A DNA stretch of 64,000 bases from Candidatus Latescibacterota bacterium. Its GTDB lineage: Bacteria > Latescibacterota > UBA2968 > SICM01. The DNA is taken from the NCBI GenBank assembly GCA_965217865.1, contig CBDCJO010000002.1, positions 64,001 to 128,000 of the forward strand, in the 5' to 3' direction. Below, piece after piece: positions 32,244-42,319 of this stretch (its first letter is position 1; every line of letters starts with the position of its first letter). The notes below the pieces were generated by a model. It saw only the letters and a program-made list of their open reading frames with translations, was not told where the DNA came from and did no database searches. Both the position numbers and the translations under genes were made by a program.

Positions 32244-33356
32244 ATGCTTAAAAGAAGAAGATCCAGACGCAAGCGCCGAATCTTAAATTGGATCCTTGGG
32301 ATCCTGTCTGGTGTCTTTTTTGTTTTGACGCTTCTCTGGTTTATCCCGATTAATGATGTGGTAATGGCAACCGGTGTGGTGGAGCCTGGAGGAAAGGTCT
32401 TCATTGACTCTCCCTTAAGGGGCATTGTCAAGAAAGTATATGCTCATGAAGGCTCACAAGTAAAAGAGGGGCAGATTGTTGCTCAACTTAATGACAAAGG
32501 CTTGAAATCCGAGGTGGTCATAGCGAAGGATGACTTCAATCATGCAAGTGCAAACTTGGACATGGCACGGGCCAAGCTTGACCAACTGAAGGAACAGCCT
32601 TTTCCAGAAGATGTTCGCATGGCGGAAGTCCGCCTCAGGGCCGCACAAATTTACCTTGAAGCCGAACGCAAAAAGTTAGCCCGTGCTGACAGCTTGTGGG
32701 TTCGAAATTTCATTACATTGTCTGATATGGAAACAGCAAGGACACATTATGAACTGGCAAGGTCCGATTTTGACATTACTGTCGAAAATCTAAAATCAAC
32801 ACAACAAGGCCCATCGAGTTCCCAAATTCGAGGAGCTCAGGCCGAGGTTAAAGCTGCCGAGGCCTTTTTAGTTAAAGCCCAACATAACCTTGAAGTTGCT
32901 CAGGAAATGCTCGCAAGCGCCACACTTCGGTCCCCAGAATACGGTGTTGTAATACGCGTCGATCTCCTTCCTGGAATGCTAGCAGATCAAGGAGATGTTG
33001 TCATGGTTATCGCTTCTGGCAATGAATCCTTTCTCAAAGGATGGGTCAAAGAGATTAATATTTGGAAGGTCAAAAAGGGACAACCCGTTGAGATTCTTAG
33101 CAATGTATTCTCAAACCGGGAGGCTTTTCTCTCAACAGGTGAAGTCGTTCAGGTATATCCCTATGGGGTAAGTGGAGGAGGGGAACGTGCCTTTGAGATT
33201 TTGATCAAGATTGAAGATGCAGTTATTCCTCCCCCTCTTGGGTCCACTGGCGATGCTAGGGTCATTGTAGGGAAGCGAGGTATCCTAAAGATATGGCTAG
33301 GTATTGAAAACGATATAGAAAAATTTGTTACGCAGGATGGATCGAATCTCCAATAA
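32244..33356 (+). CDS. HlyD-family membrane fusion protein
   Basis: N-terminal TM helix, SPLRGIVKKVYAHEGSQVKEGQ lipoyl half-motif, coiled coil, LRSPEYGVV. Confidence 0.85.
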   Translation: MLKRRRSRRKRRILNWILGILSGVFFVLTLLWFIPINDVVMATGVVEPGGKVFIDSPLRGIVKKVYAHEGSQVKEGQIVAQLNDKGLKSEVVIAKDDFNHASANLDMARAKLDQLKEQPFPEDVRMAEVRLRAAQIYLEAERKKLARADSLWVRNFITLSDMETARTHYELARSDFDITVENLKSTQQGPSSSQIRGAQAEVKAAEAFLVKAQHNLEVAQEMLASATLRSPEYGVVIRVDLLPGMLADQGDVVMVIASGNESFLKGWVKEINIWKVKKGQPVEILSNVFSNREAFLSTGEVVQVYPYGVSGGGERAFEILIKIEDAVIPPPLGSTGDARVIVGKRGILKIWLGIENDIEKFVTQDGSNLQ

Positions 33357-33407
33357 TGAATCACTTTTGAAAGATAACCTCTCTATATAGATTAAGGCAT
33401 AGCCATC

Positions 33408-34205
33408 ATGGTATTAAACAATAAGATACATCGGACAGAGGTTGAAATAACTCTTATTATTTGTTCGAACGATCCCCAGGAAATTGCATGCGGGATCGGA
33501 GAAATAACCCAGATCGCAAACTTCAAGTTATTCCCGCAACATCCCAGGAAGATCCATGATATTTACCTCGACACAGATTGCGGGGCGTTACAAAAACAAA
33601 AACTGAGTTTTAGACTTAGAGAAATAGATGAAACTTTTGCTCTTACTCTAAAAGATCGTCCCCAACTAAATTATTGGGGAGGCAAGGAACGGCTCGAAAT
33701 TGAAGGTTTTTGGTCTATAAATACAATGTTAGAGATTATCAAAGAACTAGAAGTTAGGGGCGTAAAAGTTAATCCGCCATATCAGGATTTAATTAAGGTT
33801 TACCCATTAGAAACTTTGCACAGTTTAGGGCTAAAGATTATACAAGATCGGGAGAATTATAGAAAAGTTAGAAATGTTATATCCCTTGGTGAAGATAATG
33901 GAAAAGTACTCGCGGAATTGACAGTCGATTCTGTGGTTTATCATTTCAACAATCAAGATGTCTGCCATTACGAAGTTGAAATCGAAGAAAAATCCAAAGA
34001 GAGCTCAAAAGTTCTTAAGAGTATATCTGAAAGTTTGATTGAAATTTATGGGCCTGTGCTTCGCAAATGGACTCCAGGTAAGTATGTCACTGGTAAAGCA
34101 ATTGAGAAACTACTTAGAAATAGAAGTTTGGAAGGGTTGCTTAATAAAAATAAACTGTACCCATCAGCCTATAATAAGTTAGACGAATTCTTAAAATACG
34201 ATTGA
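33408..34205 (+). CDS. CYTH domain protein
   Basis: EVEIT, DIYLDT, FRLRE, LTLK, ERLEIE, LTVDSV, YEVEIE, GKY motifs. Confidence 0.8.
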   Translation: MVLNNKIHRTEVEITLIICSNDPQEIACGIGEITQIANFKLFPQHPRKIHDIYLDTDCGALQKQKLSFRLREIDETFALTLKDRPQLNYWGGKERLEIEGFWSINTMLEIIKELEVRGVKVNPPYQDLIKVYPLETLHSLGLKIIQDRENYRKVRNVISLGEDNGKVLAELTVDSVVYHFNNQDVCHYEVEIEEKSKESSKVLKSISESLIEIYGPVLRKWTPGKYVTGKAIEKLLRNRSLEGLLNKNKLYPSAYNKLDEFLKYD

Positions 34206-34405
34206 AGACTTTTAGAATTATGTAAAATTTAAAACGACTTTAATGAAGAGCAATATTAGGGGCACCTGCCTTGTTCGCTCGAAATGGTGGGGCGGTGAAA
34301 CAAGGTTGCCGTCGTGGGGACGAGGTGCCCCTAAAATATTGAAACGAGAGGATCGGAAAACGGGAGAAACTCGCCAGAGCGTTAACAAAGGTGCTATCAT
34401 GAAAT

Positions 34406-34558
34406 ACGGAGCCAGCCGATGATCTTCTCTCCGGTTATCATTTGGCCTTACTGCGGCCTCTCAGACAGGTGCTAGGGGCTTATCTGGCCCGGACTTTACA
34501 AAGCAGGGGAGTTGCGTATCAGTTTCACGTAGAAGCGAAGGGTGTAACGCGATACGGC
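34406..34558 (+). repeat. 153-bp copy of hsdS TRD1 sequence (3868-4020)
   Basis: Reads identical by eye from ACGGAGCCAGCCGATG to GCGATACGGC. Confidence 0.92.
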
Positions 34559-34576
34559 AGGAAGGAGTCACGCCGT

Positions 34577-35594
34577 ATGAAGAAGATAGCTCCGAGTGAT
34601 AGATTGCGCAAGGAATTGAAGGAGTTCATCGAAGGACTCCAGGATGTCGAGAGCGCCCGGGACATCGAGGACGCCTTCACTGATGAGCAGGGGCGTTGCC
34701 TGCTTAGCCGCAGCAAGGTCAGCGAAGTCACCGAAGTCCTTTGGGAACAATACCAGGCCTTCCAGGAACGCGATCTCAGCGACTTTCCTCTCCTGTGCCT
34801 GTTCCTGGACGGCCTGTACGAGCCGCTTCGTACCCACGGCATCACCTGGGAGGCCGTGCTGTGCGCCTGGGGCATCACACTGGACGGCCGGAAAGTTCTG
34901 ATCTCCCTGGGTCTGGGCAGCAAAGAAAGCGGCGAGGCATGGCTTGAGTTCGTCCGGGATCTCGACCGGCGTGGTTTACCGGCACCCCTGTTCGTCACGA
35001 CCGGCGGAGCCGGTGGGCTTATCCAGACCATCGACCAGATGTGGCCGAAGAGTCTGCGCGGACGCTGCTGGGTGCATCGGATGCGCAACTTTGCGGCCAA
35101 GGTGCCCGATGCGCGCTGGCATGAGATCAAGCCGTATCTGGTGATGATTCGTGACGCCCCGGATCTTCAGGCCGGCCAAAGTGCGGTGCGAGAGTTTCTG
35201 GAGAAGTTCAGCAAGGAGTTCCCCGGTCTGTGCAAGTGTCTCACGGAGGACCTCGAAGCTCTCCTCGCACACCTCCAGCTTCCCTGGCGACTCCGGAAGT
35301 TCGCCCGCACCACCAACCTGATCGAACGCAGCATTTGTCGAGGAACGCCGCCGAACCAAAACATTGCCGCGATTCTTCTCCGAAAAGAGTTGCCTGAAGC
35401 TCGTCTATGCTGTTCTCATCCGTGCCGCTGCCAGGTGGCAGAATATCAACATCACGTCCACCGAACTGCTCCAGCTCCAGCTGCTCTATGAGGAACGACA
35501 GATCGCACCACCGGCTGAAATGGTAGCCGTTGCGTGAACCTCACTGGACCTCCAGTTGAAGGCTTGCATTTTGCACGACGCTTAAGACTTGACC
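34577..35594 (+). mobile_element. IS256-family element; transposase with internal deletion and frameshift
   Basis: LFLDG, GRKVL, RCWVHRMRN, RTTNLIER motifs. Jump after LQDVESA; frameshift near 35335; stop at 35537; right end ...TAAGACTTGACC. Confidence 0.85.
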
Positions 35595-35599
35595 TCGCT

Positions 35600-35734
35600 G
35601 ACCTGAAGCCAGTGACAAAAAGGCTGATTCCCGCACCCTCGTGGGCGTCCATGTTCCACAACTTCCTCAAATACAAGGGGTTCTCTCTCTGGCGTGACGG
35701 TGAGCGGTTAGGAAAAGGGTGCAGATGGGGAGCC
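35600..35734. repeat. Conserved ~135-bp element end, copy 1 (others at about 51277-51414 and 52410-52550)
   Basis: TGAAGCCAGTGACAAAAA...TTCCACAACTTCC...CTCTCTCTGGCGTGA.GGTGAGCGGT...GGTGCAG.TGGGGA.CC is shared by the three loci. Confidence 0.85.
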
Positions 35735-35985
35735 ACATCTTCGACCGCCAACTTCGGCGGTCGTCCGTTAACGCAAGACCCCGTGGGGCAACCCTTTGGG
35801 GTCTTGTCGTTTCTGTCGTATTCACAAACACTTGTGCCACATCCTTCCCTCTCTGCCGATTCTCTGTTTCGAAGCGTTTCCCCCGGTGTCCGAGCACAAC
35901 CGTGGGGTTGCGTCCGCTGAGCAGAGATATCTCCTCCGGATTCTCTGATTCTCTGTTTTTCCCGTCGGCCTTATTTAACAGCCTG
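35727..35985 (+). repeat. ~260-bp non-coding block, copy 1 (copy 2 at 55732-55990)
   Basis: Similar but non-identical sequence from GGGGAGCCA to TTTAACAGCC in both copies. Confidence 0.85.
35774..35813 (+). terminator. Putative intrinsic terminator hairpin
   Basis: CAAGACCCC...GGGGTCTTG stem followed by TCGTTT; conserved in the 55779-55818 copy. Confidence 0.5.
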
Positions 35986-36400
35986 GTTCGACGTTTTGGA
36001 AGGTCCTCCGGTACGTATTCACTGGAAGCCGGACCCGATGGGTCCGGTCACCGGCCCCAGAAACACATACCGGATTTTGAAACGGATTCATTGGCTACAC
36101 GGGATTCAAGAGTTGACCGGATACGCCAATTCTCATATATTCTTTGTCGTGTTTGTCTGGTTTCCCTTGAAGAGAGATTGCGGTCTCTCAAGTGCAACCT
36201 GCGCATGCCACCGGTATCATATGTGTGAGCGATGGTTCTTTCCACCCGTTCTGCACGACTTCGGCGCAAGGCCTTGCCGCGATCTCCCTTGATCCGGCGT
36301 CGATTCGCATATACCGCGGCCTGCTCATCTCGTCGGCCGTTCCACTTGCGGCGTCCCCGATCCGGTTCTGAAATGTAACTCCGGATGCCGCCTTGCTTCA
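35979..36400 (-). mobile_element. IS1182-family transposase 3' part and right end
   Basis: YISEPDRGRRKW...VYANRRR...ERVERTIAHTYDTGGMRRLHLR; end TTAA|CAGCC. Confidence 0.75.
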
Positions 36401-37632
36401 GACTGTACAATGCGCTGGTTGGTGGTCAACGCCTTGAAGACATTGAGCTGCGCCGGCAGGATGCCACGTTCCTGAACGCTTTGGGCGCTCAGCGTCTCCC
36501 GGATCCGACCACAGCAGGCGACTTTACACGTCGTTTCCGGCCATCGGATATCGAGACGTTGATGGATTGCATCAACCGGGTGCGCACCCGGATCTGGAAA
36601 AAGCGCGCCAGGGGCGAACTCAAAGAAGCCCTCATCGACATCGACGGCACCCTGGCCACCACTCTCGGAGAACGCAAGCAGGGCATGGCCCTGTCATACA
36701 ACGGTATCTGGGGATACCATCCTCTCGTGGTCTCTCTGGCGAACACCAGGGAGGTGTTGTTTCTTGTGAATCGACCCGGCAATGTGCCCAGCCACGACGG
36801 TGCCGTAAAGTGGATCGATCGCGCCATCGCGCTGGTCGCCCCTTTCGCCAAACGCATCTGCCTGCGCGGAGACACCGGCTTCTCACTCACCCGGCACTTC
36901 GATCGTTGGTCGGAAAAGGTCGACTTCGTCTTCGGCATGGATGCTTACAGAGGATTGGTCAAGATCGCCAAATCCCTGTCACAGAGCGATTGGGAGCCCT
37001 TTGAACGACAACCCAAATACCAGGTCAAAACCTCCCAGAGACAGAAACGCGAGAACGTGAAAGCCCGGATCATCCGGGAGCGCGGCTTCAAAAACATCCG
37101 ACTTGCCAGTGAACGTGTTGCCGGGGTTTCGTATCGTCCTGCTCGATGCAAGAAGACCTGTCGACTCGTGATCCTCGAAAAGAACCTGAGCGTCGAACGC
37201 GGCGAAAACGCCCTGTTCGATGACAAGCGCTATTTCTTCTACATTACCACCCGAAAAGATCTTACGGCCGCGGAAATCGTGAGGCTGGCCAATCGACGGT
37301 GCGATCAGGAAAACGTGATTGAACAACTCAAGAACGGGGTCAACGCCATGCGGATGCCCGTCGACAACCTGATGAGCAACTGGGCTTACATGGTCATGAC
37401 CGCCTTGGCGTGGAACCTCAAAGCCTGGTTCGCGTTGATGATCCGAAAGCGTGAGCGTCGCGATCAACTTCTGAGAATGGAGTTTCGCGCCTTCCTCCAG
37501 AATCTGATCTGGATCCCCTGCCAGATCGTGACCCGGGGAAGACAGATCATCTATCGTGTCTTGGGCTACAACCGGTGGATGACTGACTTCTTCCCGGCCT
37601 GGAACAGAATTAGATGGCTCAAACCGGCCTGA
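36400..37632 (+). mobile_element. IS1380-family transposase, N-terminally truncated
   Basis: GGQRLEDIE, PDPTTAGDF, DIDGT, GYHPL, LRGD.GF, RCDQENVIEQLK, NWAYM motifs. Confidence 0.85.
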
Positions 37633-37902
37633 CTGCCATGTCAGCACCTGTCGTCGTAACATCACAGGGACAAGTCCGTCCACCCCGGCTAAAACACGTC
37701 CGCAAACTCAGTTAATTAGACAATCGCATGCCGAAACAATCACAAAAACAGCCCAGACATCATCTCGACCAAGTCACAAGTCTGAAATGCTCCAATGGGA
37801 AAGAGGGCCCGGATTGAATCCTCTTGACCTTTCTCGTGGCTAATGTACTCCCACGAGGCCTCCCCAGAAAAGAAGAGCCTTGCATGTTCAGGAGGTACTT
37901 GA

Positions 37903-38680
37903 GATGCGACGTACTACAGCACAGCTTGTTACATTGGCCAAGTATAACAGTCTAATTGCTGGAAGGACAACTAAGAGACGGTATCTATACGCGGCAGTAG
38001 TCTGGGGAGTAACTGTTGTTGCGCTTGTTCCTATCCTCGTAATTGCTAGCGGGCTAACGCCTTTTGAGTTCAGCCTGAAGGAACGATTGTACCTACACCA
38101 GTTGCTCTTTCTCCTTGTGCTCGTTCTGATGAATATGTTCTACTGGAGTCGGATTGGAGCGGATGCTTTTATAAAACCATATCATTTGATGTCATATCAG
38201 ATTCCACCTCTGAAGAGATTCATCCTGACGCTTGCCACAGGCCTAATTGAACCAAGGGTTGCTCCTTATATAGCCGTTGCTATCTTCCTTTCCCTATCAG
38301 CAATCCCTCTAGGTTTGGCTTCATCTGTTACAAGCTTAGCAGGATGTGTGCTCTATTTCTTGATCCTTGAGTTGATAGCAACTCACATCCAGTTCTTGTC
38401 CCCCCGAGTCATGCCTGAGTATCAGAAGCATTCTGCGCTCTTTGCATTTCTCCCATTCCTGATCACATTCACTTTGTTGCCCTTGAAGAAGCTACACATG
38501 CTCTTCGAGGTGCCGAATCCCATCACCTGGGTAGGCGATGCCACTACCTTAGCGATGGTCGGTCGCCAAAGCGAGGCATTACAGGACCTTGTTCTTCTCG
38601 GGCTATTTGCCGCAGGCTTGTTCTTCTTATCCAAACTCACGGCGCAGCAAGCAAATGATCTTCCTGCGGCACTTGAGTGA
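37903..38680 (+). CDS. Multi-pass membrane protein, probable ABC-2 permease
   Basis: About 6 hydrophobic segments; upstream of an ABC ATPase; start 37880-37903. Confidence 0.65.
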
Positions 38681-38780
38681 GAGCGCCGAGGTAAAGTAAT
38701 CTTGGATTAAACCCATTCACAACACCAAGAGTCAAATACACCGGCTTTCCATTTACTTCAAGTGGGATATCAAGTTCGTT

Positions 38781-39350
38781 GTGCGGCACGGAGCAGTCGT
38801 GTTCGGAACATCGCTCCTCATCTCCCTAGCCCTCTTGATTCTCGTTCAGCATAAGCTTCAATTTCACCCTGGGTTGATCGTTGTGTTGATCTATCTGTGG
38901 CTTGAACCATTCAGCGGTGATCTTAATCGGTTCCCCGGTGAGTTGTGGCGCTATCGGACTTTCGGGGTGAGAATCAATGAGGTAGTGTTTGCTAAGAGTG
39001 TGTCTTGGATTAGCTTGTCCGCCATGGCTGTGCTTTCCTACATCCTCTTGGGTGTGCTGTTTGATCGGAGCGGGGGCTCCACTGAGCTTCTTGAGTTTTG
39101 GGCTCTCACAATAACTCCGTTCATTACGTTCTGGGTCGCCTCGATTCACGTTTGGGGCATAGGCTGCTCACGAACGCTCTTCGCTCGATACACCATTCAT
39201 CTGATACTGATAGGATTGAGCGTGTTGCCATATGTGGTTGGCAAAACAATAGGGGGGTCGATCGCTCTTTCCTGGGGCATCGCGATCATGACTATGGTTC
39301 TGTGGCCACTTATATCACTTCGTGTTCCGGCAGAGGTAGACTTGCTCTAG
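38781..39350 (+). CDS. Multi-pass membrane protein, probable ABC-2 permease
   Basis: Hydrophobic ORF between the permease-like gene and the ABC ATPase; start uncertain. Confidence 0.55.
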   Translation: MRHGAVVFGTSLLISLALLILVQHKLQFHPGLIVVLIYLWLEPFSGDLNRFPGELWRYRTFGVRINEVVFAKSVSWISLSAMAVLSYILLGVLFDRSGGSTELLEFWALTITPFITFWVASIHVWGIGCSRTLFARYTIHLILIGLSVLPYVVGKTIGGSIALSWGIAIMTMVLWPLISLRVPAEVDLL

Positions 39351-39436
39351 GCAGGGCGCTTCTTCTGTCCACTTTAGGGTAAGCACGGACGATCTGAGAC
39401 AGCTCGCCAGGACGCATTTCAGGGGGATTTACTCCG

Positions 39437-40216
39437 ATGAGGCCGATGGTATATGTGAACAATCTGCGAAAGGCATTTGGGAAAAATTTAGCGATAGATG
39501 GCCTCTCCCTATCTGTCTCAGAAGGCAGCATTTATGGCCTTGTGGGTCCTAATGGAGCTGGGAAGTCCACTCTCCTAAACATCATAGCAGGGGTCATGAA
39601 GCAAGACTCCGGCGACGTCAGAATAGGAGACTGCCGCACTCAACTTGGCGACCGCCTGGGAAATTCACTTGGTTTCGTACTTGATAGACCTTTCTACATC
39701 GGAAAACTAACAGCTTCGGAATTCTTAGACTTCTGTGGATCTATGCGCGGCCTTGAGCAAGAGGAACTGGAATCTAGGAAGAAGAGACTACTCTCATTTT
39801 TTGACATCTCAATGACAGATGATTCTTACATCGAGACTTTCTCAAAGGGTATACGTCAAAAGATCTCCATAGCTGCAGCGGTGATCCATAATCCAGACAT
39901 CTTGATTCTGGATGAGCCTTTTGATGGACTGGATGTGACTTCGACAGAATCCGTATGCAGGATTCTTAGACAGTCGAAGTTGACTGGAACTACAATCCTA
40001 GTCACTTCGCACATGCTAGAGTTAGTCCAGGGACATTGTGACTATTACGGGATATTGGATCGCGGAAAGCTCGTGTTCGAGTGCGAAGCCTCAAAGCTGG
40101 AAAGTCAGCTCGGAGATCGCGTGGCAGGCTCTCTCAGAGAGATTCTGCTTTCTGTGATCTCCACAGATACAGTCCGAGAGTCTCTTCCGTGGCTACAGAA
40201 TGGGGACTCTGAGTGA
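39437..40216 (+). CDS. ABC transporter ATP-binding protein
   Basis: GPNGAGKST, FSKGIRQK, LDEPFDGLD, TSH. Confidence 0.92.
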   Translation: MRPMVYVNNLRKAFGKNLAIDGLSLSVSEGSIYGLVGPNGAGKSTLLNIIAGVMKQDSGDVRIGDCRTQLGDRLGNSLGFVLDRPFYIGKLTASEFLDFCGSMRGLEQEELESRKKRLLSFFDISMTDDSYIETFSKGIRQKISIAAAVIHNPDILILDEPFDGLDVTSTESVCRILRQSKLTGTTILVTSHMLELVQGHCDYYGILDRGKLVFECEASKLESQLGDRVAGSLREILLSVISTDTVRESLPWLQNGDSE

Positions 40217-40257
40217 TGCTCTGGAGAAAGAGAGCTCATACAAGTACCAACGTGAAT

Positions 40258-40408
40258 TAGGAGCTGAGAAATCGTGGCTCAGATTACGAGGCTCAAACCT
40301 GATACAGCTGGTCGTTGATGGCGCCCTGTTCGAAGATGGTGACCTGAAAAGGGCTGCCTGATCCATTCGGATACGCTCGCCCTCATCCACAACATTTGAC
40401 AATATCTC
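40258..40408 (+). mobile_element. IS256-family right-end remnant
   Basis: AEKSWLRLRGSNLIQLVVDGALFEDG...RAA* followed by CCACAACATTTGACAATATCTC, typical of IS256 ends. Confidence 0.65.
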
Positions 40409-40459
40409 TGTCCGGACCTCAAATAATAACTTTTCCCGACAACGAGGGCCTTTAGATTA

Positions 40460-40621
40460 ATATCAACGCATTGCCACTTCGCTCCTCCCTTCAGTCGTCG
40501 CTCGGCCTTCGGCACACTTGCCTTTGTAACGGCAGTTGCTCGAAGGCGGGACTGGAGGCAACTGCCGCGCCAACTCCGGCTGCGCCGGGAAGGCAAGAGT
40601 CGGCAATGCCAAACGTTAAGT
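40460..40621 (+). mobile_element. attC-like integron cassette recombination site
   Basis: Nested inverted repeats GCATTGCC/GGCAATGC, CTTGCCTT/AAGGCAAG and GGCAGTTGC/GCAACTGCC ending in core GTTAAGT (40615-40621). The inverse core is degenerate. Confidence 0.6.
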
Positions 40622-40674
40622 GCCATGCCGGGCCTGGGGGGTAGGCATTAACCTGTATCGCGGGAGCAAACAAC

Positions 40675-41400
40675 GTGATCGAAGACGAATCCAGGGCTAA
40701 TCTTGAAGTTGCACCCGTCCAGCAGGGCTACGCTCGCTGGTCTGAGACATACGATGTGCAGGACAATCCGCTGATCATCCTAGAAGAGCCCCTCGTGCGA
40801 TCCCTTCAAGGAGAGGTCCAGGGACTCAAGGTTGCCGACATTGGCTGCGGCACCGGGCGACATACGGTCCAACTGTCAGAAGCGGGAGCTCGGGTAACCG
40901 CAATCGACTTCGCACCAGAGATGATGGCACAAGCCATCGAGAAGACGAAAGACCAGGAAGTGCGATTCGTTACCCACGACCTGACGGAACGCTTCCCTTT
41001 CGATAGCGATGCCTTCGATCGCGTTCTCTGCTGTCTTGTCTTAGAACACATCCCTGATCTCGAACCCAGTGATTCGCGAGATGGCGAGGATCTGTCGGCC
41101 GGGTGGCTTCGTGCTCATTTCCGAGCTTCATCCTGCGATGTTCCTCCGCCGCGTTCAGGCCCGCTTTACGGATACAAAGACGGGTCTGAAGGTTAACGTC
41201 GAGAGCTATCGCCACCTGATTGCGGACTATGTCAATGCTGCCCTGAAGGCCAATCTCCAGATAGACCTCATCGAGGAGCATCTCGCTGACGAATGCCTGC
41301 TGGAGAAGTCTCCGAGAGCGAAGGAGTATTGGAATGAGTCCCGAGACGATTTCGATCTGGGGTGGCCGATGCTTCTACTCATGAAGCTTGGTAAACCTCT
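40675..41400 (+). pseudogene. Class I SAM-dependent methyltransferase, frameshifted
   Basis: VADIGCGTGRH, FDRVLCCLVLEHIPDL, then +1 shift near 41067 into IREMARICRPGG...SELHP. Confidence 0.8.
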
Positions 41401-41404
41401 GTCC

Positions 41405-41449
41405 GGCCCGGCACATGGCGCTCAGGTTCGCAGCCGGCGAACGTTAGGT
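41405..41449 (+). mobile_element. Partial attC-like site (right half)
   Basis: TTCGC...GCGAA followed by core GTTAGGT and GCCA; the same GTGCCA follows the first core. Confidence 0.4.
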
Positions 41450-41479
41450 GCCACGTTGAAAAAGGCTGGAGATTCTCGA

Positions 41480-42073
41480 GTGCGTATCTGCACCTTCCAA
41501 ATCCCAATGGCTGCTGACGTTTCATCCAACGTCTCTACCATCTCGCGCTGCTTGTCCCTTGCCGCGCAGAGTCAGGCCGACCTTGCAGTATTCCCAGAGA
41601 TGGCTGTTGTCGGGTATGATTTCCACCTACATGGTTTGTTCCAACAAGAGGGTTGGTATTCTAAAGTTCAGGAAGGCATGGAAACACTCGCGGCGGACGC
41701 CAAAGAGCTTGGGCTGAAGGCATTTATCGGTACACCGTTTAGGATAAGTGGCGACTACCAGAATGCCATGGTACTGGTTGGTTCCGACAACGGCATTCGC
41801 TACGCAGGGGGGAGAAAGATCTGGTCGAAGGGATGGCAAAGATACGGATTCACGATGCCAGAAAGGAAAGATCCATTCCAAATTGCGGGGTATGATTTTG
41901 GCTTCGTGATCTGTGACGAAGTAAGTCATCTGGAGGAACTCAACGGCACTGGACTTGAGAAGAGCGATATTTCTTGCCCCGCCACTTCGAGGATATTGAC
42001 ATCGAAGAGGAAGGCCGCCAGATCCATCGGATCTCACGAGGCAAATACGGGGTGGCAACGCTGCAAAAGCTAA
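41480..42073 (+). pseudogene. Carbon-nitrogen hydrolase (nitrilase superfamily), probably C-terminally disrupted
   Basis: GTG with GGAG RBS; LAVFPEM, QNAMV, GRK and FVICDE (E-K-C triad); loses similarity after EKSDI. Confidence 0.7.
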
Positions 42074-42319
42074 AGGAGCTTATGGATTCTTGAGTAGGTC
42101 TGCTGGGCATTGAGGGTTCTTGGCTTCTGTGGACCCAATATCAACTCAAGCAAGCGGATGAGCAAAGACCAAGAGTGGAATTCATTTAAAATGTACGTCG
42201 AATGGAAATCTGAGGTCAAGTTGAATGATGAGTGGTTATAGGATCGGAGTGGGCTGAATCCGACCCCAGATTGGGTTGGTCAAGTTGCCATCATTTTTTT
42301 CTTGTTCTGTTAATCTATG

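Noticed and set aside
34442-35491. Apparent HsdS-transposase fusion protein
   Set aside because: It arises from the 153-bp pasted fragment. The transposase has its own RBS and ATG at 34577 and is broken.
35727-35760. tRNA gene ending GGGGAGCCA
   Set aside because: No cloverleaf or T-loop upstream; kept only as a possible att remnant.
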